NCBI GenBank assembly: GCA_964615775.1
Contig: CAZTQB010000005.1
Location: forward strand, 1,950 to 65,949
DNA from: an uncultured Candidatus Saccharibacteria bacterium
Lineage (GTDB): Bacteria; Patescibacteriota; Saccharimonadia; Saccharimonadales; 2-12-FULL-41-12
Length of the DNA stretch: 64,000 bases
Reading direction: 5' to 3'
This document shows positions 10,242 through 18,459 of the stretch, one piece after another. Under the pieces are notes generated by a model. That model made no database searches, was not told where the DNA came from, and worked only from the letters and a program-made list of their open reading frames with translations. The position numbers and the translations under genes are program-made. Position 1 is the stretch's first letter, and each line of letters starts with the position of its first letter.

Positions 10242-10949
10242 ATGAAATATAAAAGGATTTTGCTAAAACTATCTGGCGAGCAGCTAGCTGGTAAGTTTGA
10301 AAATGGCATCGATCCGGAGCTAGCTGCTTGGTTTGCGAAAGAGGTAAAGAAGTTAGCTGAATCTGGTACGCAAGTTGTGATTATGGTAGGTGGTGGCAAT
10401 TTTGTGCGAGGAGCTCAGATTGCTGGACATGGGATTAAGCGAGTAACTGGCGACCATATGGGTATGTTGGCAACCATGATTAACGCTCTTGCCTTGACAG
10501 ATATTTTTGAAGCTTGCGATGTTAGGACTCGTTGTCTCAGTAGTATTTTTGCACAGCAAGTTGCCGAGCCTTTTGTCTTTCGCTTAGCTAATAAACACCT
10601 AGAGAAAGGCCGCGTGGTTGTAGTGGGTGGTGGTACTGGTCAGCCTTATCTTACCACCGATACTGCGGCTGTTTCTTTGGCACTGCAAATGGACTGCGAG
10701 ATTGTGCTTAAGGCTACTAAAGTTGACGGTGTTTATGACAAAGATCCAAGCAAGCATGATGATGCTCTGAGATTTAGTGAGCTTAGTTTTCAGCGAGCTG
10801 TCGAGGACGACAACATTAAGGTTATGGACAAAGCTGCAATTGGGTTAGCCATGGAGCAAGGTATGAAAGTTGTGGTCTTTAATCCAATGGGCGAAGACGC
10901 TATCTTGAAAGTTTGTCGCGGCCAAGACATCGGCACCACCATCAGCTAA
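10242..10949 (+). CDS. pyrH: UMP kinase
   Basis: 'YKRILLKLSGE', 'VVIMVGGGNFVRG' and 'TTDTAA' are amino-acid-kinase-fold UMP kinase motifs. Confidence 0.93.
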   Translation: MKYKRILLKLSGEQLAGKFENGIDPELAAWFAKEVKKLAESGTQVVIMVGGGNFVRGAQIAGHGIKRVTGDHMGMLATMINALALTDIFEACDVRTRCLSSIFAQQVAEPFVFRLANKHLEKGRVVVVGGGTGQPYLTTDTAAVSLALQMDCEIVLKATKVDGVYDKDPSKHDDALRFSELSFQRAVEDDNIKVMDKAAIGLAMEQGMKVVVFNPMGEDAILKVCRGQDIGTTIS

Positions 10950-11274
10950 ATGCCAGACTTTTAATAAATCTGGTTTAACTAGCCTCTCAATTAATTTGAC
11001 AAACAGTTGATGCCCATAGTCCGTAGTGTCGGGCATATTAATTTGCTTTTAATCTCTAGCTCAACCAGCTTTTCATTGCTGAGTATTAAGTAATTTAAGT
11101 GGATTACTAGAGTACCTATAGGAAGGGGTAATTGATATTTTATAAATAAAGTGATATAGTATATTTTATGGAAAAAGTCAAAATCGCTGGCTTCAAAGAA
11201 ACCTTAGGACTTATCACTAACATAATTAATACAAAAGGTTTAAAGCAAAGAGTAGTCTACGAGGAGATAAATAT

Positions 11275-12615
11275 ATGAGTGTTTGGGGATATTTATCAAT
11301 TGGTCTATGTTCAATAATCATTATTCGCTCCATTCAAAATCTCTATAATTTATACAGAAGTTTCGAATGGCTTAATAGGCCTTGTAAAGCTAGCTATAGA
11401 GGAAAGACTCGATTTTTAGTGTGTATCCCTGCATTAAATGAACAAGATACAATAATAGAAACCATAGAAAGGCTCCTTAACCAATCCTACTCCGACGACC
11501 TTATATCTATCTATATAGCGACTTCGGCAAAAGAAAAATCTTTGCCAAACGAATCTACTACCAAAGAAGTTATAGATAGGTATATCGCATTGCTCGACAA
11601 TACAACTCGCAACAGGGTTCATGTACTGCATTATCCAAAACTAGATGGATACACAGCCCATCAAGTCAATTTTGTTGCAGATAGTTTACGGAGTGAGCTA
11701 AAGAAAAATGACACATATTTTGTAATCTACAATGCTGACTCGCATATAGATAAAAATATGTTCAAAATTGTGGATTCTATAATTACCAACAGAACGAAAC
11801 TTTACGATAAAAAGCCTACTATACTCCAACAGTCAGCCGTATACCAGTATGCTGGTAAAAGTATTGTAGCTGAGGGTGCGGGATTACACCAGACTCTATG
11901 GACGCTTACTCATGAAATACCAAAACTAAAAAAGCAATCTTCAAGGATACAAAATTTAAGAGGACTTAGCCTAATTGAAAGCGTAAAGAATAGTCGAGTC
12001 GTACACTGTGTTGGCCATGGTCTGTTTGTGCGTGGCGATTACTACATAAGTCACCCTCTGCCCCAAGACATATTAAATGAAGACTTACCTTATGGGTTGC
12101 GTGCCTGTGCTTTACGCGAACCTATATACCCCATACCATCGCTTGAACTTGCGTCAACGCCCAACAAAATCTTTAATGTGTATCTCCAAAAAGCTACCTG
12201 GTTTAATCCGTTCTTTGAATTTGCAAACTATGGCAAGAAACTGATTCAGCAAAAATCATATACGTCCAAATTTGAGGTATTATGGCTACTGATTCAGGCG
12301 TATACTTTGCTATGCGTATGGTTACTGCATAGTATCATCCTTGTCGGTGGTTTTGTTGTAAGTATTGTAGCCGGTTGGGTTTATGTCGGAATTTGGATAG
12401 TATCTTTTTTTCTGTATTGGGTAGTCCCCGCGTCTTTTGTTACAAGTAGAAGAATCTCTCTGGTTAATGGCGGCAGTAATTCGTATAAAGCGATACTAGG
12501 TGGGGTTCCGTATGTACTTACTCACTCTGTTGGTCCACTTATATCGGTATGTCACTGGCTTATAACGGGCATATACGGCACAAAACCCTCAAAGCGAAAG
12601 ACAAAATCGGCATGA
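11275..12615 (+). CDS. Membrane-integrated family 2 glycosyltransferase (synthase-type)
   Basis: N-terminal TM, a GT-A domain ('FLVCIPALNEQDTI', 'IYNADSHID') and 3-4 C-terminal TM helices. Confidence 0.7.
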   Translation: MSVWGYLSIGLCSIIIIRSIQNLYNLYRSFEWLNRPCKASYRGKTRFLVCIPALNEQDTIIETIERLLNQSYSDDLISIYIATSAKEKSLPNESTTKEVIDRYIALLDNTTRNRVHVLHYPKLDGYTAHQVNFVADSLRSELKKNDTYFVIYNADSHIDKNMFKIVDSIITNRTKLYDKKPTILQQSAVYQYAGKSIVAEGAGLHQTLWTLTHEIPKLKKQSSRIQNLRGLSLIESVKNSRVVHCVGHGLFVRGDYYISHPLPQDILNEDLPYGLRACALREPIYPIPSLELASTPNKIFNVYLQKATWFNPFFEFANYGKKLIQQKSYTSKFEVLWLLIQAYTLLCVWLLHSIILVGGFVVSIVAGWVYVGIWIVSFFLYWVVPASFVTSRRISLVNGGSNSYKAILGGVPYVLTHSVGPLISVCHWLITGIYGTKPSKRKTKSA

Positions 12616-13232
12616 GAGGACTTATTGGCATTGAAGGTTCTAGCTATGTAGGTAAGACTACGGTTGCTAATAAGTTATCCGATATGGGTTATGGCGTAAT
12701 CCCTGAATATGACACCTTTGGACCGTTTCCTGAGTCTGACGAAAGTGTTGCAGGGTTAAAGCGTGTGGTTGATGAGTTACTTGAACGCGAAAAACAGCGT
12801 AAAGGGCTTATCTTAAGGGGTAAGGTTAATTTTGAAGACAGAACGCCTATCTCGCTCATTACATTTGAGGAAATGAGTGCATTCGATGCCAATGCAAGCG
12901 ATAAAAAAAGGATCCATCAAGAAGTACGCGACTATACTATATTGAGAATTGTTGCGTTATCAGAAGAACAAAAGATAACTTTACCAGATAGTACTGCTGT
13001 GCTAAGAATAACCGACAAACAAAAATTTGAAGATCGTGTTAAAGGACGGGGTGTGACCGAGGTGGGTAGTCTAGCTATATTTACAACAGAACTTTATATA
13101 GCACAGAAATCTCTAGAATATGCTGAACTCTTGTTCTCCAGAAGTAAGCCATTGTTAATTGATGTTGACGCGATGACTCCGCAAGCTTTAGCGACAGAGC
13201 TGATAAAATTTGCTGAACAAATATATAATTAG
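12612..13232 (+). CDS. P-loop kinase (deoxynucleoside/thymidylate-kinase-like family)
   Basis: Start moved to ATG 12612, which forms an ATGA overlap with the upstream stop. Contains 'LIGIEGSSYVGKTT' (P-loop) and 'FEDRTPIS'. Confidence 0.55.
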   Translation: MRGLIGIEGSSYVGKTTVANKLSDMGYGVIPEYDTFGPFPESDESVAGLKRVVDELLEREKQRKGLILRGKVNFEDRTPISLITFEEMSAFDANASDKKRIHQEVRDYTILRIVALSEEQKITLPDSTAVLRITDKQKFEDRVKGRGVTEVGSLAIFTTELYIAQKSLEYAELLFSRSKPLLIDVDAMTPQALATELIKFAEQIYN

Positions 13233-13236
13233 AGTC

Positions 13237-14187
13237 ATGGCAACAAGGCAAGAGTTACTAAATAACCACAACAATGACTACGGGTTTGATGTACAAGATA
13301 TATTGTTCAAGCCAATTGGTGCAGAAAAACTACCATTAGTTTCAATTGTGATACCGTATTACGAGACTGGTGAAATCTTTAATCGGTGCTTATATTTTCT
13401 AACACAAGCAATAAGTAGATACCCAGGAGATAATGAGATTATTGTAATTGATGATGGGTCAGTTCAAAAAACAGCACTGAGCTACACTGGTGACTTTAAA
13501 AATATTAAAACCATAGTTTTCAAAAACAACCGAGGTCGTACTGAAGCTCGGAACGCAGGATTGTTGGCGGCAAAAGGTAAAGTTATATTCTTCTTAGATA
13601 GTGACATACTAGTTGATGAAGATCTAGTCATCAATCATATAAAGCTACATCTTGAGTCGCTGCGACGTAACTTGAAGGCAATTTGTGTAGGGTTCTTCGA
13701 ATTTACTGATACAAAATCTAAAAAAATAGTAAAAACTCGCCTAGCTAAACAAGATATAGATATCAATGACTTTAGAATAGACTGTATGTATGGTGCTACT
13801 TGGATTGGCTGTGAAAATGACAAACAATACATTGGTCAACACCTGCAACTTGTGAATGAAACTCAAAACTTTAGGTCGTGGAAAGGCCAGTATAAAGCAT
13901 GGGTATTGCCTAATATGGTCTTGGGCGGTGTTTTTTCAGTCATTAAAGAAGAAATTTATGCGGTTGGGGCATTTGATTTTCGTTTTAAGGGTTATGGTTT
14001 TACTGAAACATCTGCAGTTACTGGGATGATTGCAGAACGAGGTAACGTTGTCGTGCCTTGTCTTGTTGGAGGTGCTATTCACGTAGAAGATGATAGTGTT
14101 AATTTATCTCAGACAGCAAAAGATGAAATATTTAAGAAAAAGCATAATTTTTATTTCAATACCTTTCTGAAAGAAGAAGTGTCATGA
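13237..14187 (+). CDS. Family 2 glycosyltransferase
   Basis: Start moved to ATG 13237, just after the upstream stop. Motifs: 'VSIVIPYYETGE', 'IIVIDDGS', 'FFLDSDIL' (DxD). Confidence 0.8.
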   Translation: MATRQELLNNHNNDYGFDVQDILFKPIGAEKLPLVSIVIPYYETGEIFNRCLYFLTQAISRYPGDNEIIVIDDGSVQKTALSYTGDFKNIKTIVFKNNRGRTEARNAGLLAAKGKVIFFLDSDILVDEDLVINHIKLHLESLRRNLKAICVGFFEFTDTKSKKIVKTRLAKQDIDINDFRIDCMYGATWIGCENDKQYIGQHLQLVNETQNFRSWKGQYKAWVLPNMVLGGVFSVIKEEIYAVGAFDFRFKGYGFTETSAVTGMIAERGNVVVPCLVGGAIHVEDDSVNLSQTAKDEIFKKKHNFYFNTFLKEEVS

Positions 14188-14819
14188 AGAAAGTCGTCTT
14201 TGTTGATTGGAACAAAACTCTGTCATATAGCTTATTTTGGGAACATTTGCAGGACCATAGACATCTGAACCATAAACATTTGCCATCTATCGAAAAATGG
14301 TTGTTTGTGGATAATCGAGATATTATAAACCCCTGGATGAGAGGTGAACTATCTGCCCTGAGTGTAGTTAATAAGATGAGCTATGATACGGGTATTGATA
14401 AAGCACTGATAATAAATGAATTGCACCGTAGCTGCAAAGAAATGCATTACAGTATAAATAATCTTGAGAGTATAATCAAAAAAATACAAAAACGAGGTAC
14501 TAAGGTGGTTATAGCAACGGACAACATGGATACCTTTTCTGACTTTACGGTTCCTGCTATGTCACTAGATAAAGTATTTGATGGGATATTAAACTCACAC
14601 AGTATAGGATATCTAAAAGATGATGAGTTGCCTGTCGACAGAATATTGTTTTTTGATGGTTATCTCAAAAGTAATGGTTGGGAATATGCTGATGCTATAC
14701 TTCTAGACGATTCTCCTGACAGCAGTGGTAAATACAAGAAACTAGGGTTTGATCGTGTATTAATAGATAGTCAAGAAACTTTGAAGTTGGAGCTTGAGAG
14801 ATTTTTCGATGCAGACTAA
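14184..14819 (+). CDS. HAD-superfamily hydrolase-like protein
   Basis: ATGA overlap with the upstream gene. Motif I-like 'VVFVDWNKTL', plus 'VVIATDN' and 'ILLDDSPD'. Confidence 0.55.
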   Translation: MKKVVFVDWNKTLSYSLFWEHLQDHRHLNHKHLPSIEKWLFVDNRDIINPWMRGELSALSVVNKMSYDTGIDKALIINELHRSCKEMHYSINNLESIIKKIQKRGTKVVIATDNMDTFSDFTVPAMSLDKVFDGILNSHSIGYLKDDELPVDRILFFDGYLKSNGWEYADAILLDDSPDSSGKYKKLGFDRVLIDSQETLKLELERFFDAD

Positions 14820-15522
14820 ATCACTAAATATATGTCTGCATGATGTGGTGAAAGATACTTCAGGTTTAAGGACGGTTTATGATACGGCCTGGCAACAAGT
14901 TAAAGATATTGTTGAGTTACTAGAAAAGCTGCGGACAGAAAAAGTTATCGATTCATACCACATATTTTTTGACGATGGCTATAAATCTTCCCTACGTGTG
15001 GTACAAGATATCGATTTTGGCGTTAGCAATAAAAACATACACTTAGCCATTATTACAAATGATATTGGTAAGCCCAACAAATTAACAGCAAAAGATATTA
15101 TGAAGTTATCAAATCAAGGTTTTACTATAGATTCTCATGGAGTTTCTCATGCGGCACTGGCTATTTTTGCAAAAGGATCACTCCTACCATCTTTAGTAGG
15201 CGGTAACTACAAAAACACCACCTACGGTAAAGGAAATGTGTTATCGACGCAAGAAATTCAGTACCAGCTTATTGAGTCAAGTACAAGTCTTGCTGCAATA
15301 TTGGGGTATGCACCTGCATCTTTTGTCTTGCCATACGGACTTTACAACAAAGAAGTCATCGACTTGACTACTGGCAGTAGTTATTCGCGTATTTATACAT
15401 GTGATTCAGCTTTAGATGGTGGACAATTTTTAGCTCCAAGACTGTTGGTAACCCAAAAAAATATAAATCATTTAGAATCATTAATTAAGACTTTGCCACT
15501 TATACCAAAACTTTTGGTATAA
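14809..15522 (+). CDS. Polysaccharide deacetylase (NodB homology / CE4)
   Basis: 'FFDDGYKS' and 'DSHGVSH' motifs. ATG at 14809 is preferred over TTG at 14794. Confidence 0.7.
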   Translation: MQTKSLNICLHDVVKDTSGLRTVYDTAWQQVKDIVELLEKLRTEKVIDSYHIFFDDGYKSSLRVVQDIDFGVSNKNIHLAIITNDIGKPNKLTAKDIMKLSNQGFTIDSHGVSHAALAIFAKGSLLPSLVGGNYKNTTYGKGNVLSTQEIQYQLIESSTSLAAILGYAPASFVLPYGLYNKEVIDLTTGSSYSRIYTCDSALDGGQFLAPRLLVTQKNINHLESLIKTLPLIPKLLV

Positions 15523-15561
15523 AGATCGACCTTTATTTTATTATTGGCTAAAAAACTTAAA

Positions 15562-15581
15562 TTTTCTAGATCGCTAGAAAA
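15562..15581. terminator. Possible bidirectional hairpin terminator between deacetylase gene and tRNA-Ser
   Basis: Perfect 8-bp palindrome ttttctag-atcg-ctagaaaa, with a T-rich run following on the minus strand. The stem is AT-rich, so it is weak. Confidence 0.3.
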
Positions 15582-15643
15582 TAACTCAACTGATAAAAAA
15601 CCTCGAGTCAAAATAAAAACCTACAAATAGCGGATTCTCTGTT

Positions 15644-15733
15644 TGGCGGAGAGAGAGGGATTCGAACCCTCGGTGACATTGCTGCCACACACGCGTTCCA
15701 GGCGTGCCAATTCAACCACTCTTGCATCTCTCC
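15644..15733 (-). tRNA. tRNA-Ser (anticodon GGA)
   Basis: The reverse complement folds as acceptor GGAGAGA/TCTCTCC, anticodon stem CACGC/GCGTG with loop CTGGAAC, long variable arm, T-arm GAGGG-TTCGAAT-CCCTC, encoded CCA (90 nt). Confidence 0.9.
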
Positions 15734-15870
15734 TTATCTATAATTTTATCAAACCTAGGTTCTAAAATAATAGTCTTTTTTAGGAATTGAGAGAGATGTA
15801 AAATCTGCAACACTTAATAAGCATATACACTTGCGTAACACCTCTCACAGATAATACACTAGATACAACA

Positions 15871-16764
15871 ATGGCAATAATTGAAATAGAAGACGTAAGT
15901 AAAATATACGGATTCGGTGATGCTACTACTGTAGCTCTCGAAGAGGTCAGTTTGAGCGTGGAAAAAGGCGAATTTGTAGCTGTTATGGGTCCGAGCGGCT
16001 CAGGTAAAAGTACCCTGATGAACGTAATTGGTCTTCTTGACCACCCGACTCATGGAACGTACAAATTAGACAATCGGTTTGTTAGTAAGCTTCGCTCTAA
16101 TACTCGAGCAAAGGTTCGTCGTGATAAGATTGGTTTTGTTTTTCAGTCATCTAGCTTGCTAGGAGGATTGACTGCTCTTGAGAATGTGGCTTTGCCATTG
16201 GCTTATAAAGGGCGTAGTTTTGGCAAAAGAACCAAAATGGCTCATGCAATGCTAGAAAGAGTTGGCTTAGCTACTCGAGCCTACTACCTGCCCCATCAAC
16301 TCAGTGGTGGACAAGCCCAGCGTGTGGCGATTGCTAGAGCATTGATAAAAGAGCCTGGAATTGTGATTGCCGATGAGCCAACTGGTAATCTAGATACTGC
16401 TTCATCGATGTTGGTTATGGAGCTGCTTAAGGAAGTTCATGAAATGGGTAATACGATTTTAATGGTGACTCACAACCCAGAGCTGACGCGTTATGCAACT
16501 CGAGTTATTTACATGATTGACGGCAGCATTGTCAAAGACGAATATAATCAACCTGGCGAAGTTGCCAAAAGTGCAATTGAAAGTGTTAAGTATCTACCAA
16601 TCTCAGATGAAATAGCTGATTTGGAGGCCGTCTCAGCAATGGTTGAAGGTATACCAAAAGCTGGCGATGATATACCTTACAGACGAGTTAAGAAGCACAA
16701 TAAGCGTCGTGGTTCTAAAGCTAAGAAAGCTACAACAAAACGCAGTAGGGTAAAAAATAAATGA
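15871..16764 (+). CDS. ABC transporter ATP-binding protein (MacB/LolD-like) with Lys-rich C-terminal tail
   Basis: Walker A 'GPSGSGKST', signature 'LSGGQAQRVAIARAL', Walker B 'IVIADEPT'. A ~70-aa extension ends 'RRVKKHNKRRGSKAKKATTKRSRVKNK'. Confidence 0.9.
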   Translation: MAIIEIEDVSKIYGFGDATTVALEEVSLSVEKGEFVAVMGPSGSGKSTLMNVIGLLDHPTHGTYKLDNRFVSKLRSNTRAKVRRDKIGFVFQSSSLLGGLTALENVALPLAYKGRSFGKRTKMAHAMLERVGLATRAYYLPHQLSGGQAQRVAIARALIKEPGIVIADEPTGNLDTASSMLVMELLKEVHEMGNTILMVTHNPELTRYATRVIYMIDGSIVKDEYNQPGEVAKSAIESVKYLPISDEIADLEAVSAMVEGIPKAGDDIPYRRVKKHNKRRGSKAKKATTKRSRVKNK

Positions 16765-17996
16765 TGCTCTCTGATCATATAAAGATTGGCTTAGCTTCAG
16801 TCAGAAAATCTCGTTTTCGGAGCATGGTCACGATAATCGGGATTATTATTGGCGTGGTTAGTGTGGTAACTATAGTCACTCTTGGTGAAGGTATTAAAAA
16901 GCAGGTTAATAATCAGTCGGCTGAGCTGGTCAATGGGGCGATTACCGTGCGACCTGGCAAGCTGGTCAACCGCGATTCTAATGGTAAAATAACCAGTCTT
17001 AATCTACTAGCTAGCACTGCATCGGCTAGCGTTACGCCTGGAGATCTAGAAACGATACGAAAAAACCCAGAAATTAGCGGTGCGACTTCATTCTCTGCTA
17101 TTAGTGCCTTACCGTCTTACAACGGCAAGACTTTTAATGATGGCCTAGTTGTAGCTTACTCTGGCGAACTGGGTGACGTGATTGATCATAAAGTAGAGTT
17201 TGGTAACTACCCTAACGTCGAAGAGCCAAGCTCTAATCGTTACGTAGTAATCGGTGCCGGTGTTGCTCAAAAGTTATTTAACGAAACAGTTCCAATTGGT
17301 AAAAGTCTAACTATCAAAAATCAGCAGTATGTGGTTGGTGGCATATACTCGCCTTTTCGTGATACGCCTTTAGCTTCGGGAATCAATTATAATAATGCGG
17401 TCTTTATACCAGAAAATGGAGCTATTCCATTGAAGGATATAAAAATGCCCTATTTTCAAATTGTTGCTAAGCTTAAAAATCCTAGCAAAACCGATGAAGT
17501 TGCTAAGCAAATTTCAGAGTCTATCAAACAAAACCACTCTGGTCTAGAGGATTTTTCGGTACTTAAGCAAGATGAGGCTGGAGTGATTAGCGGAGAGCTG
17601 ATAGACACTTTGTCTCGAATGATTTTGGGTATGGCCACTATTACGCTGATTGTGAGTGGTATTGGGATTATGAACGTTATGTTGGTGTCTGTGACTGAGC
17701 GGACTCGAGAAATTGGAATCCGTAAAGCTATTGGGGCTACTAATCGTCAGATAACAAATCAATTTATGGTTGAAGCACTTATTTTATCAGTCTGGGGGGC
17801 AATTTTGGGCGTGGTAGTATCGATCATTCTGCACTTAGCTATAAGGATCTTTACTGATTTAGAGCCGGTGCTTTCTTGGCAGCCAATAGCGGTTGCTGGT
17901 CTAATGTCAATTATTGTTGGTGTGGTTTTTGGTGTAATTCCAGCCACAAAAGCAGCACGCAAAGACCCAATAGAATCGCTGCGTTCCAGTAATTAA
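16761..17996 (+). CDS. ABC transporter permease (MacB/FtsX family)
   Basis: ATGA overlap with the ATPase gene. N-terminal TM, a large extracytoplasmic domain and a C-terminal FtsX-type 3-TM bundle ('ERTREIGIRKAIGAT'). Confidence 0.88.
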   Translation: MMLSDHIKIGLASVRKSRFRSMVTIIGIIIGVVSVVTIVTLGEGIKKQVNNQSAELVNGAITVRPGKLVNRDSNGKITSLNLLASTASASVTPGDLETIRKNPEISGATSFSAISALPSYNGKTFNDGLVVAYSGELGDVIDHKVEFGNYPNVEEPSSNRYVVIGAGVAQKLFNETVPIGKSLTIKNQQYVVGGIYSPFRDTPLASGINYNNAVFIPENGAIPLKDIKMPYFQIVAKLKNPSKTDEVAKQISESIKQNHSGLEDFSVLKQDEAGVISGELIDTLSRMILGMATITLIVSGIGIMNVMLVSVTERTREIGIRKAIGATNRQITNQFMVEALILSVWGAILGVVVSIILHLAIRIFTDLEPVLSWQPIAVAGLMSIIVGVVFGVIPATKAARKDPIESLRSSN

Positions 17997-18011
17997 GCCT
18001 GGTTTTATCTT

Positions 18012-18455
18012 ATGAAAATCAAAATCATCTCAGTCGGTAAAAAATCTACCAAAGAAATCGCTAGTTTAGTTGAAAATTACCAGCAAAGACTTAAGCGATC
18101 CTGCGAGCTACTTTGGATATTCTTGCCGACATCTAATATTGACGGCGAGTCAGCTGCAATCTTAAAACAAATTGGTGCAAGCGACTATATGGTTTTGCTT
18201 GATCAAAATGGCAACAAATTTTCAAGCACCGACTTTGCGGCCACGATTGAGCAGATACAAAATGATTCCACTAAACAACTGATATTTGTGATTGGTGGTG
18301 CATTTGGTATCAACCATAATGTTATCGAGAGAAGTAATTTAGTTATTAGTCTTTCTGATATGGTTTTTCCGCATCAATTGGTGAGGCTAATTTTAATCGA
18401 GCAAATCTACAGGGCATACACGATACTCTCCGGTTCAAAGTATCATCACGAATAA
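18012..18455 (+). CDS. rlmH: 23S rRNA (pseudouridine1915-N3)-methyltransferase
   Basis: 147-aa SPOUT protein with 'LIFVIGGAFGI' and a C-terminal 'LILIEQIYRAYTILSGSKYH' pattern typical of RlmH. Confidence 0.85.
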   Translation: MKIKIISVGKKSTKEIASLVENYQQRLKRSCELLWIFLPTSNIDGESAAILKQIGASDYMVLLDQNGNKFSSTDFAATIEQIQNDSTKQLIFVIGGAFGINHNVIERSNLVISLSDMVFPHQLVRLILIEQIYRAYTILSGSKYHHE

Positions 18456-18459
18456 GTAA

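Noticed and set aside
10845-11036. 63-aa minus-strand ORF overlapping the 3' end of pyrH
   Set aside because: It overlaps a confidently called conserved gene in antisense and has no motif or RBS, so it is likely spurious.
11168-11275. Short plus-strand ORF (MEKVKIAGFKETLGLITNIINTKGLKQRVVYEEINI) just upstream of the membrane GT2
   Set aside because: It is about 35 codons long with no recognisable motif and no clear RBS, so it cannot be supported as a gene. It could be a leader peptide, but that is speculation.
12549-12611. Upstream extension of the P-loop kinase ORF (start at 12549 as in the ORF track)
   Set aside because: The extension would overlap the end of the upstream GT2 gene by 67 nt. 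The ATG at 12612 forms a typical ATGA stop/start junction and places the P-loop at the usual distance from the N-terminus.
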